From Klebsormidium nitens (lineage: Eukaryota; Plantae; Klebsormidiophyceae), in contig DF236979.1 in assembly GCA_000708835.1 (NCBI GenBank), forward strand, positions 248,001-312,000: DNA of 64,000 nt, read 5' to 3'. Positions within the stretch are counted from its first letter, which is position 1. Every line of letters begins with the position of its first letter. The position numbers were made by a program, and so were the translations under genes. Of this stretch, positions 49,501 through 61,165 are shown one piece after another. The notes under the pieces are model-generated. The model worked only from the letters and a program-made list of their open reading frames with translations. It was not told the DNA's origin and made no database searches.

Positions 49501-51974
49501 GACATGCGCTCTTCCGTGCAGTCTGCTCATGGAAAGCGACTGATCTTCCAACTTTGACGGTGCCGCAGAAATGTGGTCATCACACAGATCAGCCATTCTC
49601 ACCACAGCATGACCGTCGATGGCACCCCAAGCCGTATCTGGGCCGTCCATCCGCTGGTGGCCTTCGCCCACGAAAACCGCGGCCGCGCCTTCGCGTAACG
49701 GGGAGAGGTGAACACGTGTCCCGCCAGGCACAGGAAGATCATGCTGTACGCCAGGCTGGTGGCGATCGCCGCGCCGTCGAGACCCCACCCAAGGTAATGG
49801 ACGAAGAACCTGCAAGGGGGAATTGCAGTGAATGGGTGAGGTCTTCTCTGATAAGTGCACTGAGCTCATCACGTGAGGCGTCGAGAGCGAGCTTGGGCTC
49901 GCAAGGTGAGGTAGGAGCTCTGTAGGAGGGACAAAAAGGGAAACCGGCTGGCGACGGGAGGCGTCGAAGTGAGGTGCGCGTTGGGACTTCGATCAGCGTC
50001 TTTAAAAATCAAAAGAACGACTCTGCATGATCAGATTCCGCATGTAACTCATGGTGTCAACACAAGCGGAGGCGAAGAGGTTGCGTCTTTGAACCGTGCC
50101 GGCTTCAACCCCAACGGGCAGACTCTCCGTTCCCCACATTGCGCTCATGAAGACCTCTTTCTGAACAAGGAAGTGCTGTCTTCTTGGAAGAGACCTGAGA
50201 GTCGGGTGGACCTTTAGACACCCAGACGTACAGACGTACCAGTTGTTGGGCACGTGGAAGAGGAGGGCGACCACGGAGCAGGCGGCCAAGGGCGCCGTGA
50301 CGCCCTGCGACTGCAGGAACTTGAGCAGCGGCTGCGTCCACGCGTTGGCAAACAGGCTGGGGATCAATAAATGCATGTAGCGTGCCGCAACCTGCATAAT
50401 TCAGAGAATTGTCAAATCTCGAAACAGTTCAGGAATGGTAAGCTTCAGGAATAGTAAGAACACCAGCCTGGGACGGGTAGGGTTAGTTTGGGGGGTTAGG
50501 GTGGGTACGGGTGCGGCGAAGGTAATTTTACTAGATAAGGTTACTAGTGTTTGGTTTGAGCTTACTATTCCTTGAGCTTTCTAGTCCTGAAGTGTCGCGA
50601 CATAAAAATCAAGCTCAAGTTTCGATGAGATTGAAGCTGACGCTAAAGACCTACACCCAACATTCACTCGCTCCACACCCATGCCCACCATAAAGCCCTT
50701 CAGGCCTTAACCACACCCGTCCAGATCATCGCTTGAGCTGAGTAAATCACCTATTTAGAGATCAAGCGCGAGATGACGGTTGAAGAAAGGAGAAACGAAC
50801 CTCAGGAACAATAAGCTTTGAGTAGCACCAATAACCCTTACTCAGAAATTCACCTCCTCCGGACCCGTACCACACTAGCTAACCCCAAAATTGATTCCAC
50901 CCGGTCCAAGGTGGTCATCCTGTTATTCCTGCCATAGTAGTAGTATTCTTCAATCCCGACACTTACCTGCGCGAGCGTTTTTTCTTGGCCCAGGAAAATA
51001 AGCGCGCGCTCGGCTTGCAGCCAGCACAGGCTGACGACAGCAGCGATCAGCGTGAGGAGGAGGAGGCAGCGGTACGTGGCGTGCCCCAGTTCTGACAGCT
51101 GTCCCGCGCCGAACGCGCGCCCGCCGAGGGTTTCGAGCCCGAGAGCCATGCCGTACTGCGCAGGGGGGAAGGAAGAACGGTTAAGGAATGACGTTGAGGG
51201 TTCAGGAATTGGGCCTTTGAGGCATGCGGCCAAAAAGTTGCAACGAGGGTTTGGGTTCTGAGGATCCGGACTGCCTTTCCCCCACTTTCAAGCTTTTCGT
51301 CCATACTTCGAGCTCACATGACTCTTGATTGTTAGTATCCGTACATCCCTTTTACAAGCAGTGTTTGCCTAAGACGCATTATTAAGTCATTAGTTGAAAA
51401 CTTACTGCAACTACCGAATACTTACTGACATCTTAGGACATTGGTCGGAAACTGAGAAGGAAGCAGGAAGCGCACCTTCCAGAAAGTTTGATAAAGAGCA
51501 TGATCTCAGTTCCTAACAACACAATTAACCATCGCTCTCTCGAAGAAGCGTATGCACAGATCAAGAAAATTGTTGAAAGCATGAAGAAAGTACAATGCGC
51601 AGGTGCCCCATCTCCCTCACCAACAAATAGTGCCCGGTTGCACTCGCCAGCGACGTTGCCAGCTGGCAGCTCGCAAGCGCCAGCGCCCCGACGTGGCCCA
51701 CAAACGCCGCTGATGTCAGCACCAATAGCATCTGCACCACATTCATGCCCACAATCGGCGCCGCCACCCTGATCTGCTCCCTGGCCTCCTCCATAAGCGC
51801 CCCCCTACCACCATAAGCGGGCGTACGGGGGCCCAGCTCATTCTTTGCCTGCCAAGGGCCCACCAAAACCTCCAAACCCTTGGCGTTTAAATGCAGCTGG
51901 TTGGCAGCCACATTGTCCTCCTCAGAGGAGCGGCGCCGGTCTGCGAGCAGCTTCTGGGTCTCTATGTCGTCCAT
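46520..51974 (-). CDS. MATE (DTX-type) efflux transporter; about 10 exons, last exon tentative
   Basis: AAPIVGMNVVQ, FVGHVGALALAS, GMALGLETLGGRAFGA, LIPSLFANAWTQPLLKFLQSQG, LGVPSTVMLCLEYWAFD, STRVAAELGA, ILRGCGRQSLGAGVTLSSYYLVGLP, LIVRTDW. Confidence 0.93.
46555..46690. repeat. Short MATE intron built from two copies of an about 61-nt unit
   Basis: atggtcaacaatctctctagttcttcagaaaacgtaaaccacca and atggttgcccaccgctctagttctttaaaaaacgtaaatcacca. Confidence 0.75.
47255..47340 (-). repeat. Three copies of MATE exon tail plus GTAAG donor, 34-nt period
   Basis: Minus strand: GTTTGGGGTCTGG|GTAAGC, CTTTCGGGTGTGG|GTAAGC, GTTTGGGGTCTGG|GTAAGA. Confidence 0.9.
50468..50724. mobile_element. MITE-like element (about 257 bp) with G-rich/C-rich imperfect TIRs, plus an extra degenerate terminus at about 50846-50910
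   Basis: Left end ctgggacgggtagggttagtttggggggttagggtgggtacgggtgcgg. Right end ccacacccatgcccaccataa...acccgtccag is its imperfect reverse complement. A related terminus lies at 12774-12829. No clear TSD. Confidence 0.6.
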
Positions 51975-53557
51975 GTTGCTTATTGGATTGGTGAATTATA
52001 CTAAATACGGTTTGGAAAGCCGCATGAGTGGATGGCAAAAGGGGGGCCCATGTAGTGCGCAAAGCAGAGCTACAGTGGGTGGCTTCCTCAGCTACCAAGA
52101 ACACGCAGCTGCATGATTGGGCCAGTCTTTACGTTGATGTTCTTGATAGATACTGTTTTGCGCATCGGCTGGAGCTCCTTTCGGCAGATCTGAGGTCAAC
52201 GCTTTGGTGCCTTTGCTCGCGCATGCTTCATGACTAGGCCTCATCTCCATATGCTCAGCCGTCTGTTGTGTGCTCCACCAGCATGCACGGAGAAATTTCC
52301 TGCCTACAAATACGTTGATCTATTTTCCTGCTCTGCGCGTCGTCTTCCAGCAACGCTGATAACCAGTGCATGGCGCCTCTACTCTGACATTGGCGCCTTT
52401 CTCACACCGACTCTACTTCGCAAGACTGTTTCTACTCCAGCTTCGGAGTCACTGGCATGAAGACCGAATGTCTTGGAAAGGCGAAACTCGATCTGGTATT
52501 TTCTCGCGGGCCAACTCGGCAGTGACGTCAGTGCTTCAAGCATCAAGCGAGACTTGAAGCGAGAATCACATGCTGGGTCGTCTCGATCCAAAGCGTAACG
52601 CAACTTTACTGAGCGCGCCAAGCCCGAGCTCAAGAGCGAAGCCGCGGAGCTGCCTGAGCTGACGAGCCTCGTGCCACTAACTTGAATGCGGTTTCCGTCG
52701 CACTTACCAAGCCCAGCCTCGGACAGTTCGACACCCCCGCATGAGATTATTGAAGGTTGGTATGCAATGCCGCGTCGAGACTTTCGAGACTTTCGCACTG
52801 TGTGCTCCCTCAATGTAAATCGGATGATGTTAGAGAGCTCAATTTAAGGCTCTCTATGCTTCGTGTGTTGTATAGAAGCGTTTTAGTAAGAACTTAGGCT
52901 GTGTCTTGGAAATAACCTGGAGGGTTGAGTACTAGATATTCCAAGATTTGCATGTATTCGCGCCAGAAAAGCATCACTGATAATAGATTTACCGTTGATT
53001 CTTCCAAGGTACCTCGCAACATATCATCTTGATTGTTATCATGTTGACGGAAAACTCGTGCTGACACCGACTCAGCAGCAGATCGGTCAACCGAGAAATG
53101 CTTGATGGTGTTTGAAACCTCAGTGCAGTCATTCATAGAAATATCGCGGACCACTGTAGGAGCTAAGAGGCGTGTGTTGCCTCAACAGTAATGTGAGCAG
53201 CAACCTTCCGCGAATAACCAACGGCCTGCTAACCCGTCCATCCTCCCCTCACACACAGAAACTTTACAATCGATGGTCGACAGTTGGGTACCAATATCGA
53301 TCCAACGGCAGGGAACTTTCAAAGCTCTGTGCATGACCCCGCCCGGCGGGCCCGCGCACCGCGGGGGGGCCGCCGCGAGCCGCGCAGCAAAACGAGCAGA
53401 CTCGGAACCGTCCTAGCTGCATGGGGGCCGTCTCTTAAAGTTATATCCACAAATGGCGACCTGCAATGGTTGGAAGCTCTGCCGCAACCAGCTGAAATTT
53501 GTAGAACCTATCTTATTCATTTAGAAGACTTCAGCATTGCAAAGAGAAGGATTCGCC

Positions 53558-56500
53558 ATGGAGATCTTTGCAGCCATAGAATCATGTGGGAACCCCGGCC
53601 TGCAAGCCCGGTTCAAGAAAGCAATGAGCCACATTGAGCGCACGATCGAGTTGTATGGCTGCGACGCGCTGGCATTCAGCTTCAACGGTGGAAAAGATTC
53701 AACTGTAAGTAATGAAAACCAATGAATGTGCTTGGAAGAGACAAGAGCAAGTTGCTTTGGGGGGGTATTAGGGAATTAATTGAAACTGCAGATCTGTTGA
53801 ATGGATCTGTTGAGAAGTGTAGATTTCGGAATAAGCTCTTCCTGGTCAGCAAATGAAACCATTTGTCAAAGGAGGGCTTTTCGGAAGTCCGCGATAAATA
53901 TCTGTAGCTGTTTGCATAAGTCACACTGAAAGCTGGTTGTCCTGGACAAGAATCTTCGGCCCTTATCAATGACCAGCGTACATACAGATAAGAAGGGTTT
54001 TGGATTGCTGAGCATGGCAGCCTGGCTTCTGCGTTAGAATGCAGCCTGTCTACCTTCAACACTTTGGCAGACAGTCGTCAATGCTGATCTGCAGCATTGA
54101 GTTGCTCAGAAATACTGGTATTCTACTGCTGAACATTTCGGTTCAACCTAACCGCTTGGAGAGACTCCTCTCAAGGGTTTCCAAAAGAAGTACCACTCCT
54201 ACCACTGTTCACTTGGAATTCAGCGACCCACGCCTATTGGAGCTTGCATTTACCTTGAAAGCCTACCATTTGTCGACACTTTGATGGAGGGTTTGCGCCA
54301 CTGCCCTTTTTCTGACCGCATCTACCAGCCAATCGAGGATATTGTCTTGGTGCCATCGACTTCGCCTTTTTTGAAGAAAACATTCTGACGCCGTTGTCTC
54401 TTTGTAAGATTGTCGGTATGTTTGTTGCGTATTTTCATCATGGTCGACGTGGATATTTTGAAGATGGGGATTGGAGGAATACTTGATGATTTGGGGTACA
54501 TAAGAGCACCACCAAGCATCCAGGTCTCATGAATTGACGCCTCCATCTTATACTGCCAATCATCGTCATGCCTCTTCTGGAGTATGACTTCTCAAGCATT
54601 CTCACTGAGCCAAGAATACATTTCGGGGGGCTAAAACAACCCTTGAGGACAATCACTGTAGTGGCTTCTGTCAAATCAAAGATCCAATTGCTTTTGGACT
54701 CAAGGCGCTGTCATTCTTCAACTCATATCACAATCACGTAAATTGCCTCGTAAGGATTGAACAATATTCCCCTTGCCTGACAAACTCTATTCTCCGCTGC
54801 TTTGCGACAGGTCCTCTTGCATCTCCTCAGAGCAGGCTACGCGGCGGCAGACAGCTCAAGCCACACTCTGTTGAAAGGCCAGGCGAGCAATGGTCCAGCG
54901 GTCACCCAAGAGCACCCCATACGGACGATCTATTTTGAGAATCCGGAAACATTTCCAGAAATCCATTCGTTCACTGTGGACTGCGCACAACGGTGAGGAG
55001 CAGCTCTTTAAGATGATAGTGACCTCTGTCAGTCGGCCTGCTCTGTTCTTAGACATTCCCGCCTTATAGTGAGGGGCTTTCCAGACCTGTTCGGTGCTGG
55101 GGTGATTACCCTTGTCTGTAGGATCTGTACCAGATTCTCAAGGACCAGGCCCTGTTTCTGATTGGAGTTGCCCCTCCGGAAAGGTAGAGGGTCTCTCCGT
55201 CTGGTTTCGAAAAACTTATCTGCATCTATCTATTCAGCCTGAAGCAGGTTTTCATTCTCCTCAAGGAATCATGGGACGAGTGAAACAACTCTGCCAAGCG
55301 TCGCTGGCAAAGCTCACTCAATTCGACCTCACGCTCTTTGACGCCTCCCTTCAAAAATATTTAATGTATCAAATCAATCAACTTTTCTTCTTCGTCCCCG
55401 CATCAAGCAGCCCCTTGGTAACTGCAGGTATCACCTAGCGCTCGAAACGATCCGGCTAGACTTCCTTAGCGGTTTGAAGAAAGTCCTTGCAGAGCGGCCA
55501 ATCAAGGCGATCTTCCTGGGAACTAGAGCGGGGGACCCAAACGCGCGCGGCCAGGAGGTGTTTGCTCCGAGCAGCAAGGGCTGGCCCGCCTTCATGAGGG
55601 TCAACCCGATCCTAGATTGGTCGTACCAGTGAGTGCTGATCTGGAAGTAAATCGGAACTCGTATGTGTGGTGGAATCCTCCACCTTGCCTTCTGAAGTTT
55701 GGAAGAAAAGGTGCTCATGGGGTTGGGTTTGATGGATGATTCTATCTAGACAAGTCTAATGTTGAAATGTTGTTAACAACGTGTTTGGATACGCTGAAGC
55801 TCTGTGTGCTTAGTCGATCTGTCGAATCCTAGAAGTTTCTGAAGATAAAAGTCTGCTCAACGGACGAAAACAAGGAGGGGGATTTTAACATGTGCCATCA
55901 AGGGTTCGTGACCTCACATAGAGCTGCTTCATGATCAATGCTTTCTCCCCAGATTCAGAATTGGAGTGAATTTATCTTGATTGTGTTCATCTGCTTGTAA
56001 AACGGCAGATGTCAAATCTTTGAACGGGTCTTGATGTGATCTCAATGATTTTTATTTTCGCATTGCAAAAGACCAATCGTCGTTCCTTCCGATTGAAGAC
56101 CCTCAGCCTGCACGACATCAGCAACTAGATGCCACGACGTCACTCCGAACTGGGTGCTGACGTGGCTCTTGCTTGAACCGTGCAGTGACGTGTGGGACTT
56201 CCTGCTCGCCTGCCAAGTCTCCTACTGCAGCCTCTACGACGTCGGCTACACATCGATCGGAAACATCCACGACACGATTCCAAACCCCGCGCTCCGGATC
56301 GAAGAAGACGAGACAACCCCGGAAGCGAGCGGAACGGGGCAGCCGAACGGAAACGGTCTTACAGAGAGCGTCGGAACGGACGGGTACCGTTACCGCCCTG
56401 CCAACGAACTGCGGGACGGGAGGTTAGAACGCTCAGGCAGGTTCAAGAAGAAGGTGACGTCAGCGGAGGGGAAGGCTGGGGGTGCTGACGTCAGCGCGTC

Positions 56501-59500
56501 GGAACGGCGAGGGGAGGTGTCGACGAGCGGGCAGGAGAAGGGGGCAATCATGGTGGCCTCGGTTATCGTTGTGGGAGACGAGTTGTTGTGAGTAGACTGC
56601 GCTGAGCATGCTTTGAGTTGCTTGCTTGCGGCTTTTGTTTATCGCCGACTCTCGCTCCTTTGAACACGATGTAAAATCGGTCCCATGCAAGTGGCAATCA
56701 AAAACACGATGTGATCAGTCCGGTGCAAATGGCAATCAAAGTCTGTTCTTCCTTTAGTTTACCCCTGATGTCGTCGATTTGTCAATGTACAAGTGACCGT
56801 TGCTCTCGTTCGTTGCATCTGAGGAAACAAGCTTTCTTCGTCGAGGACGTCTCGCAGAGCTGCAGAAGTGCTGTTTTACGTCCTTGACGATCTTCAATCT
56901 GCGACCTCGAACGGCCCAAAATAGCGTCCAAACCAGTCTCTTGCACCCTTCTCCCCTAGCAAAACAGCGTTCAAAGATCCAGTGCGTTCCCCTGCATCTA
57001 GCACCCATCGGCAGCCCATCTGACATCAGCTGTCCCGCCTCCCAAAGGGGTGACGTCGGCCCATCCATCACTGCTCCTTACTGACGGGCCGTAAGCTTTG
57101 TGAGCGGCTGCAGATTAATCACCTCGATTGTTGACTCGGGGGGGAAGTGACCTCAGGGGGTCCCTCACGTCATGGCTCTTCCTTCTGCAGGCGGGGTGAC
57201 GTCAGCGACTTCCGGGCACCCCTCCTGAGCAAGCGGCTGCGGGCCGCGGGGTGGCTGCTGCGGCGCGTCGTGGTCGTGCCGGACGATATTGACGCCGTCT
57301 TTGCCGAGGTGCAGCAGCACGCGCGGGACAGCGATCTCGTAAGTTCGTGGTTCTAGGGTCCAGCAACATCTGGATTTTAGGGTCTCAGTCCTATTCCTTC
57401 ATTCTCAAGAGTGCCGTCGCAGAAATGCAGCAACATGCGCTGGCCAGCAACCTCGTGAGTTCGCGCTTCTCCATCGTCTGCTTCAGCCGTTCCTCTCTTG
57501 TCTCTTTTAGGGCATCTCCTTTGGGAATGTCCTCGGCGTGCCTTCCCCTTCTGCTGTTGGATCTTCCGCAAAGTCACGAGCCGCATTGCATGAAAGAAAG
57601 AGGCCCTTCCTCGAAATTGCTATTTTCGCGAACATTTGATTGTGCAGTCGGTGCAAAAATCTCGTGCCTCTTGGTCGAGTCCGCTTTTCGTTTGTGTTCA
57701 TTCTCCGTTTTCCAGATCGTTTACAAGCTCTGTCGGCTATGGTCAGTATTGTGGCAGACCGACAGTAGACCAGAAGCAGCGTCCAATTCTAACGGAGACA
57801 AGCTATCTCGTACGTACTCGGTATACCTCCAATAAGCAAAACTCGTAGAAGCGACAACCGGTCGATTGCTGTTGCGACCTTCCATCTTCGAATCCTTGGG
57901 TGAAGTCAAGAGTACGGCACTTGGTTCAACACAGGTGGGGTTGTGTTGGAATTGCAGCATATCATTCCGCTTCAGTGACGGATTAGAGAAGAAGCATGGC
58001 GAGCAAGTCGGAAAAAAAGCATCTTCCTGCAGGTCCTGGTTAGCGGGGGAGTCGGCCCCGCCCTGTGTGACGTCACCCTTGACGGCGTGGCCAAGGCGTT
58101 TGACGTCAGGCTTACGTCCGATGCGGAGTTGCTGGCGGAGTTGCAACGGATTCACGGGACGGACAATACGCCTACCTTCCTGAAGGTACTCCCCAGCATT
58201 TCCGCCCATTGTCAGCAAGATTCTACCTATTTTCCGCGCATTGTCAGCGTATGAGTACCCAGTGTGAGCGTATTCTTCTTAGTTTCAGCGTATTTCTGTC
58301 CAGCGTCAGCGTATCTCTTCTTAGTGTCAGCGTATGAGCACCCAGTGTGAGCGCATCTCTTCTCAGTGTCTATTCAGTGTCAGCGTATCTCTTCTTAGTA
58401 TAAGCGTATGTCTACCCAGTGTCACCGGATGCCTTCTTAGATGTCTACCCAGTATCGGCGTATCCAACCACAGCCATCTCACTGCATAAAGGTCTTCTCG
58501 AACAGGAGCGCACTCACTTGCGTCGGCAGTATGTGGTTGTAATCACTTACGCAGAGTGGCTTAGGGAGGCCGTCGCAACCAGGGGCTTAGAGGTCTGTTA
58601 GACCGCTTCTTACAGTGCCGCTTTCTTGAGAACATTCTCGCTTTGCGGCTTGCCAAGGAGTCTGTTGAAGCGTTCGGCGTGCAGAGCAATCCCAACAAGG
58701 TCCTTGCACTGACGAAACTTGTCACCAGTGCAGGAAAACGGAAAATACCTCAGATGCTTGCCTCAAGCGCTTTGCAAAAGCTAAACGGGTACGTGTCCTC
58801 TCGCAGTTGGCCGAAGTTCCGGAAGGCATAACCGAGCTGTTGCCGACTTCGGGGGATGCTTTTCCTCTCGTGAGCCCTTGACTCCGTTTTCCTTCTTCGT
58901 CATCTTAGACTGCAGATGCCGTCTCCTCACCCTCTACTCATATTAGCCTCTGCAAATGCATCGCCTTGAGATAGCGCAAGACAGCTGCCTTGCAGAACGG
59001 TGGAATCAAACTCTGTAGTATCAAAATACTGTTTGCCGTCGCCAGCCAAAGCTTGGAAAAGGCGGGCAAGCATTGACCACTGTGTAACTTTGCATGGACT
59101 GCCGTTTTTGGTATATCAGGTCACAGATTGTAAATAAGCTGTGCGGAGCTCATCTGCTTGTGCCACACTCGATGGCACACTGATGCCCTATATCTCCCGT
59201 TTCCTCCCAGCTGAAAGTGAAGAACGTCGTCGTTGTCTCGGGCCGGTCGCCGGTTCTCGAAGCACAGCTGGCGGCGCTCGAGGAGCTGAGCCGCGGCCGG
59301 CGGGACTTGCTCAAACCCCTTAAACCCTTCGTGACGCGGACCGCGGAAATAGAGGCGACCGACCGGGAGGCTGCGGCGGCGATGCTGCGGACGATGCGGG
59401 ACTTCCCGGGCCTGCAGATTGGTGAGGGGAATTAGACCGAGGCGAGTTGGATAGTGTTGTAGAATTGTTCGAAAGCTGTAGCTACAAGAGTTGTACATTG

Positions 59501-60335
59501 CATTCGTGACTTGCGCGGTGAGAGCACAAATCTAATTGGGAGATCTGACAAACAGTTCAGTGCCTTTCCTAGTACGGCGAGATACTGCGTGATGCTCCTG
59601 TCGATTGAGAAGCGCTGATTGTGGGCAATCAAATAGGATCCTTTTCAGCAACTATCTTTACTTTGCCCATTTCTGAAAGTTGCCGGTCATCCACGGGGCC
59701 TTGCCAGCGCTATCTTGGTCTTTGTTGAGTGTCTTCGACAGAATTGCTGGCCAAAGCGCATAAGAGCCTTAGTCTAGTGCCGGGCACGAATTGGATAACC
59801 GACGGCACTTTGCCCCTGAAAGCCTCATGACATGGTTTGTGTATTTGTTTGCAGGGTATTTCCACACGGACAGCCATCCAACTGACACGAAAGACCGCTT
59901 CACTTTGACTATTGACGGCAAGGTACGTTCTGCCGCTCTCTCCGCTTGCTTGGTCACTTCGACTTAGGTTCGAGGCGACTGGCGTCTTTTTATGGGCTAG
60001 AAAGACGGGTTAAAAGACACATTGGTTTGTCGACGCCTGCATGTGTGGTGATTTTTTAGCAAAACGGCTGAGGATCATCAAGATACTTCTACTTTCCTTA
60101 TCACTGCCAAGAAGCTCCTGTTTACTACTTGCCGTTCTTTGGGCAAGCAGAGCGCTTTCGAAACAGCCCTTGTTCCAGGTTTGTGTGTTTGTCGGATCAG
60201 GTGCAGCAACGCAGTGCTTTCCCCCTTGTGCAGAGTTCGGCAGAAGTGTCAGCCGCACTTCAGACCTTCTCAGATGCATTGGATGACGCACGGAGACAAG
60301 GGTCAAAACCATCCGAAGGGGCAGTGCAAAGATAG
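53558..60335 (+). CDS. FAD synthase (PAPS-reductase-like FMN adenylyltransferase fused to a C-terminal molybdopterin-binding/CinA-like domain); 10 exons
   Basis: AFSFNGGKDSTVLLHLLRAG, RTIYFE, IKAIFLGTRAGDP, GWPAFMRVNPILDWSY, YCSLYDVGYTSIG, DGRLERSGR, VIVVGDELL, SGGVGP..DVT..GVAKAF, AEVPEGITELL. Exons join in phase and the stop is at 60333-60335. Confidence 0.93.
57410..57454 (+). other. Duplicated tail of FAD synthase exon 5 forming a possible 45-nt in-frame cassette exon
   Basis: ctattccttcattctcaag|AGTGCCGTCGCAGAAATGCAGCAACATGCGCTGGCCAGCAACCTC|gtgagt versus the real ...GCCGTCTTTGCCGAGGTGCAGCAGCACGCGCGGGACAGCGATCTC|gtaagt (donor 57339). Confidence 0.7.
58200..58465. repeat. Intronic degenerate about 20-nt minisatellite
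   Basis: Many gtcagcgtat(ctcttctta/gagcaccca)gt units directly after the FAD synthase exon-6 donor. Confidence 0.9.
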
Positions 60336-61165
60336 CAGCCGAGTCTTGGCACGAATTGTCACGCCCATTTGCGTGCCAATTATTTGCCAACAATGCAGAT
60401 ACCAATACTGGTATTGAACTCACTGAAGTGGCAGTCTCTTAGTTGTTCTAGTGGCGTTCAACTACAAGAACACAGGCTGAAAGGTGCAGGTCCAGTTAAT
60501 ACACGTCGATCATCTCTGGGCTATCGCCAAGTGTCCGCAAGTTGAGAGGCGGCCTGAAATACCAATTTGAAAACAGGTTTGAGGGTTGATAACCACATGG
60601 GCACGCTTCAGTATAATATTGAATACACAAAGAGTGTCCGATTGACGAGTGGAAAAATCCTACCGTCTTCGACGATGACGTGAGCGTGGAATGTCGGTAT
60701 TCTATGCGTTATGCAACATGCGCTGGCATCATGCACGCTGCACGAGTCGATATGCACTTCTTCGATGTTCAGCCATGTGCCGCAGGGCGTGCATGCTCGG
60801 GTCAGATGCAGCTCCAGATATGCATATGGTCTGTAATCTCTAAGCTTGAGCTCTAGTCTAATTAGTTCTCAGGTTGACATGTGCAACATGCACTTGACTT
60901 CCTTGAGGTTTAACACTTAATGGGGAAACGTGATTGCATGAACTTGTACTAGTAGTCTGGCTGGGCATGCGGAGCGACAGGATGCACGGAACAACAAAGA
61001 GTTCTTCAAGTGCACCGTGTGGTCACTTGCTACGGTAATAGCAACGGCAGGGGTTCATACCCAGCCATAGAGCTCATTGCAAAAATGGTCAACACAACAA
61101 ACACCTCCCTCGCTTCAATATCCGATACCAATAAGAGACTAGCTTTGCAACTATCGTACATGTAC

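Noticed and set aside
50480-50505. Interstitial telomere
   Set aside because: Only isolated TTAGGG-like units are present, better explained as part of the MITE terminus.
54322-54674. Nested gene in FAD synthase intron 1, and similar ORFs at 2697-3054, 13655-14022 and 62029-62647
   Set aside because: The frames are broken by stops or shifts, have no recognisable domain and lack the host exon codon bias. At most they are decayed inserts.
56770-57200. Acceptor echoes upstream of FAD synthase exon 5 (ggggtgacgtc at about 57050)
   Set aside because: Matches are only about 11-14 nt with no AG in register, too weak to count.
11745-60335. Functional cofactor/sulfur gene cluster (GPX, BioF, sulfate-type transporter, FAD synthase)
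   Set aside because: The pathways are unrelated, orientations are mixed and unrelated genes are interspersed. There is no sequence evidence of co-regulation.
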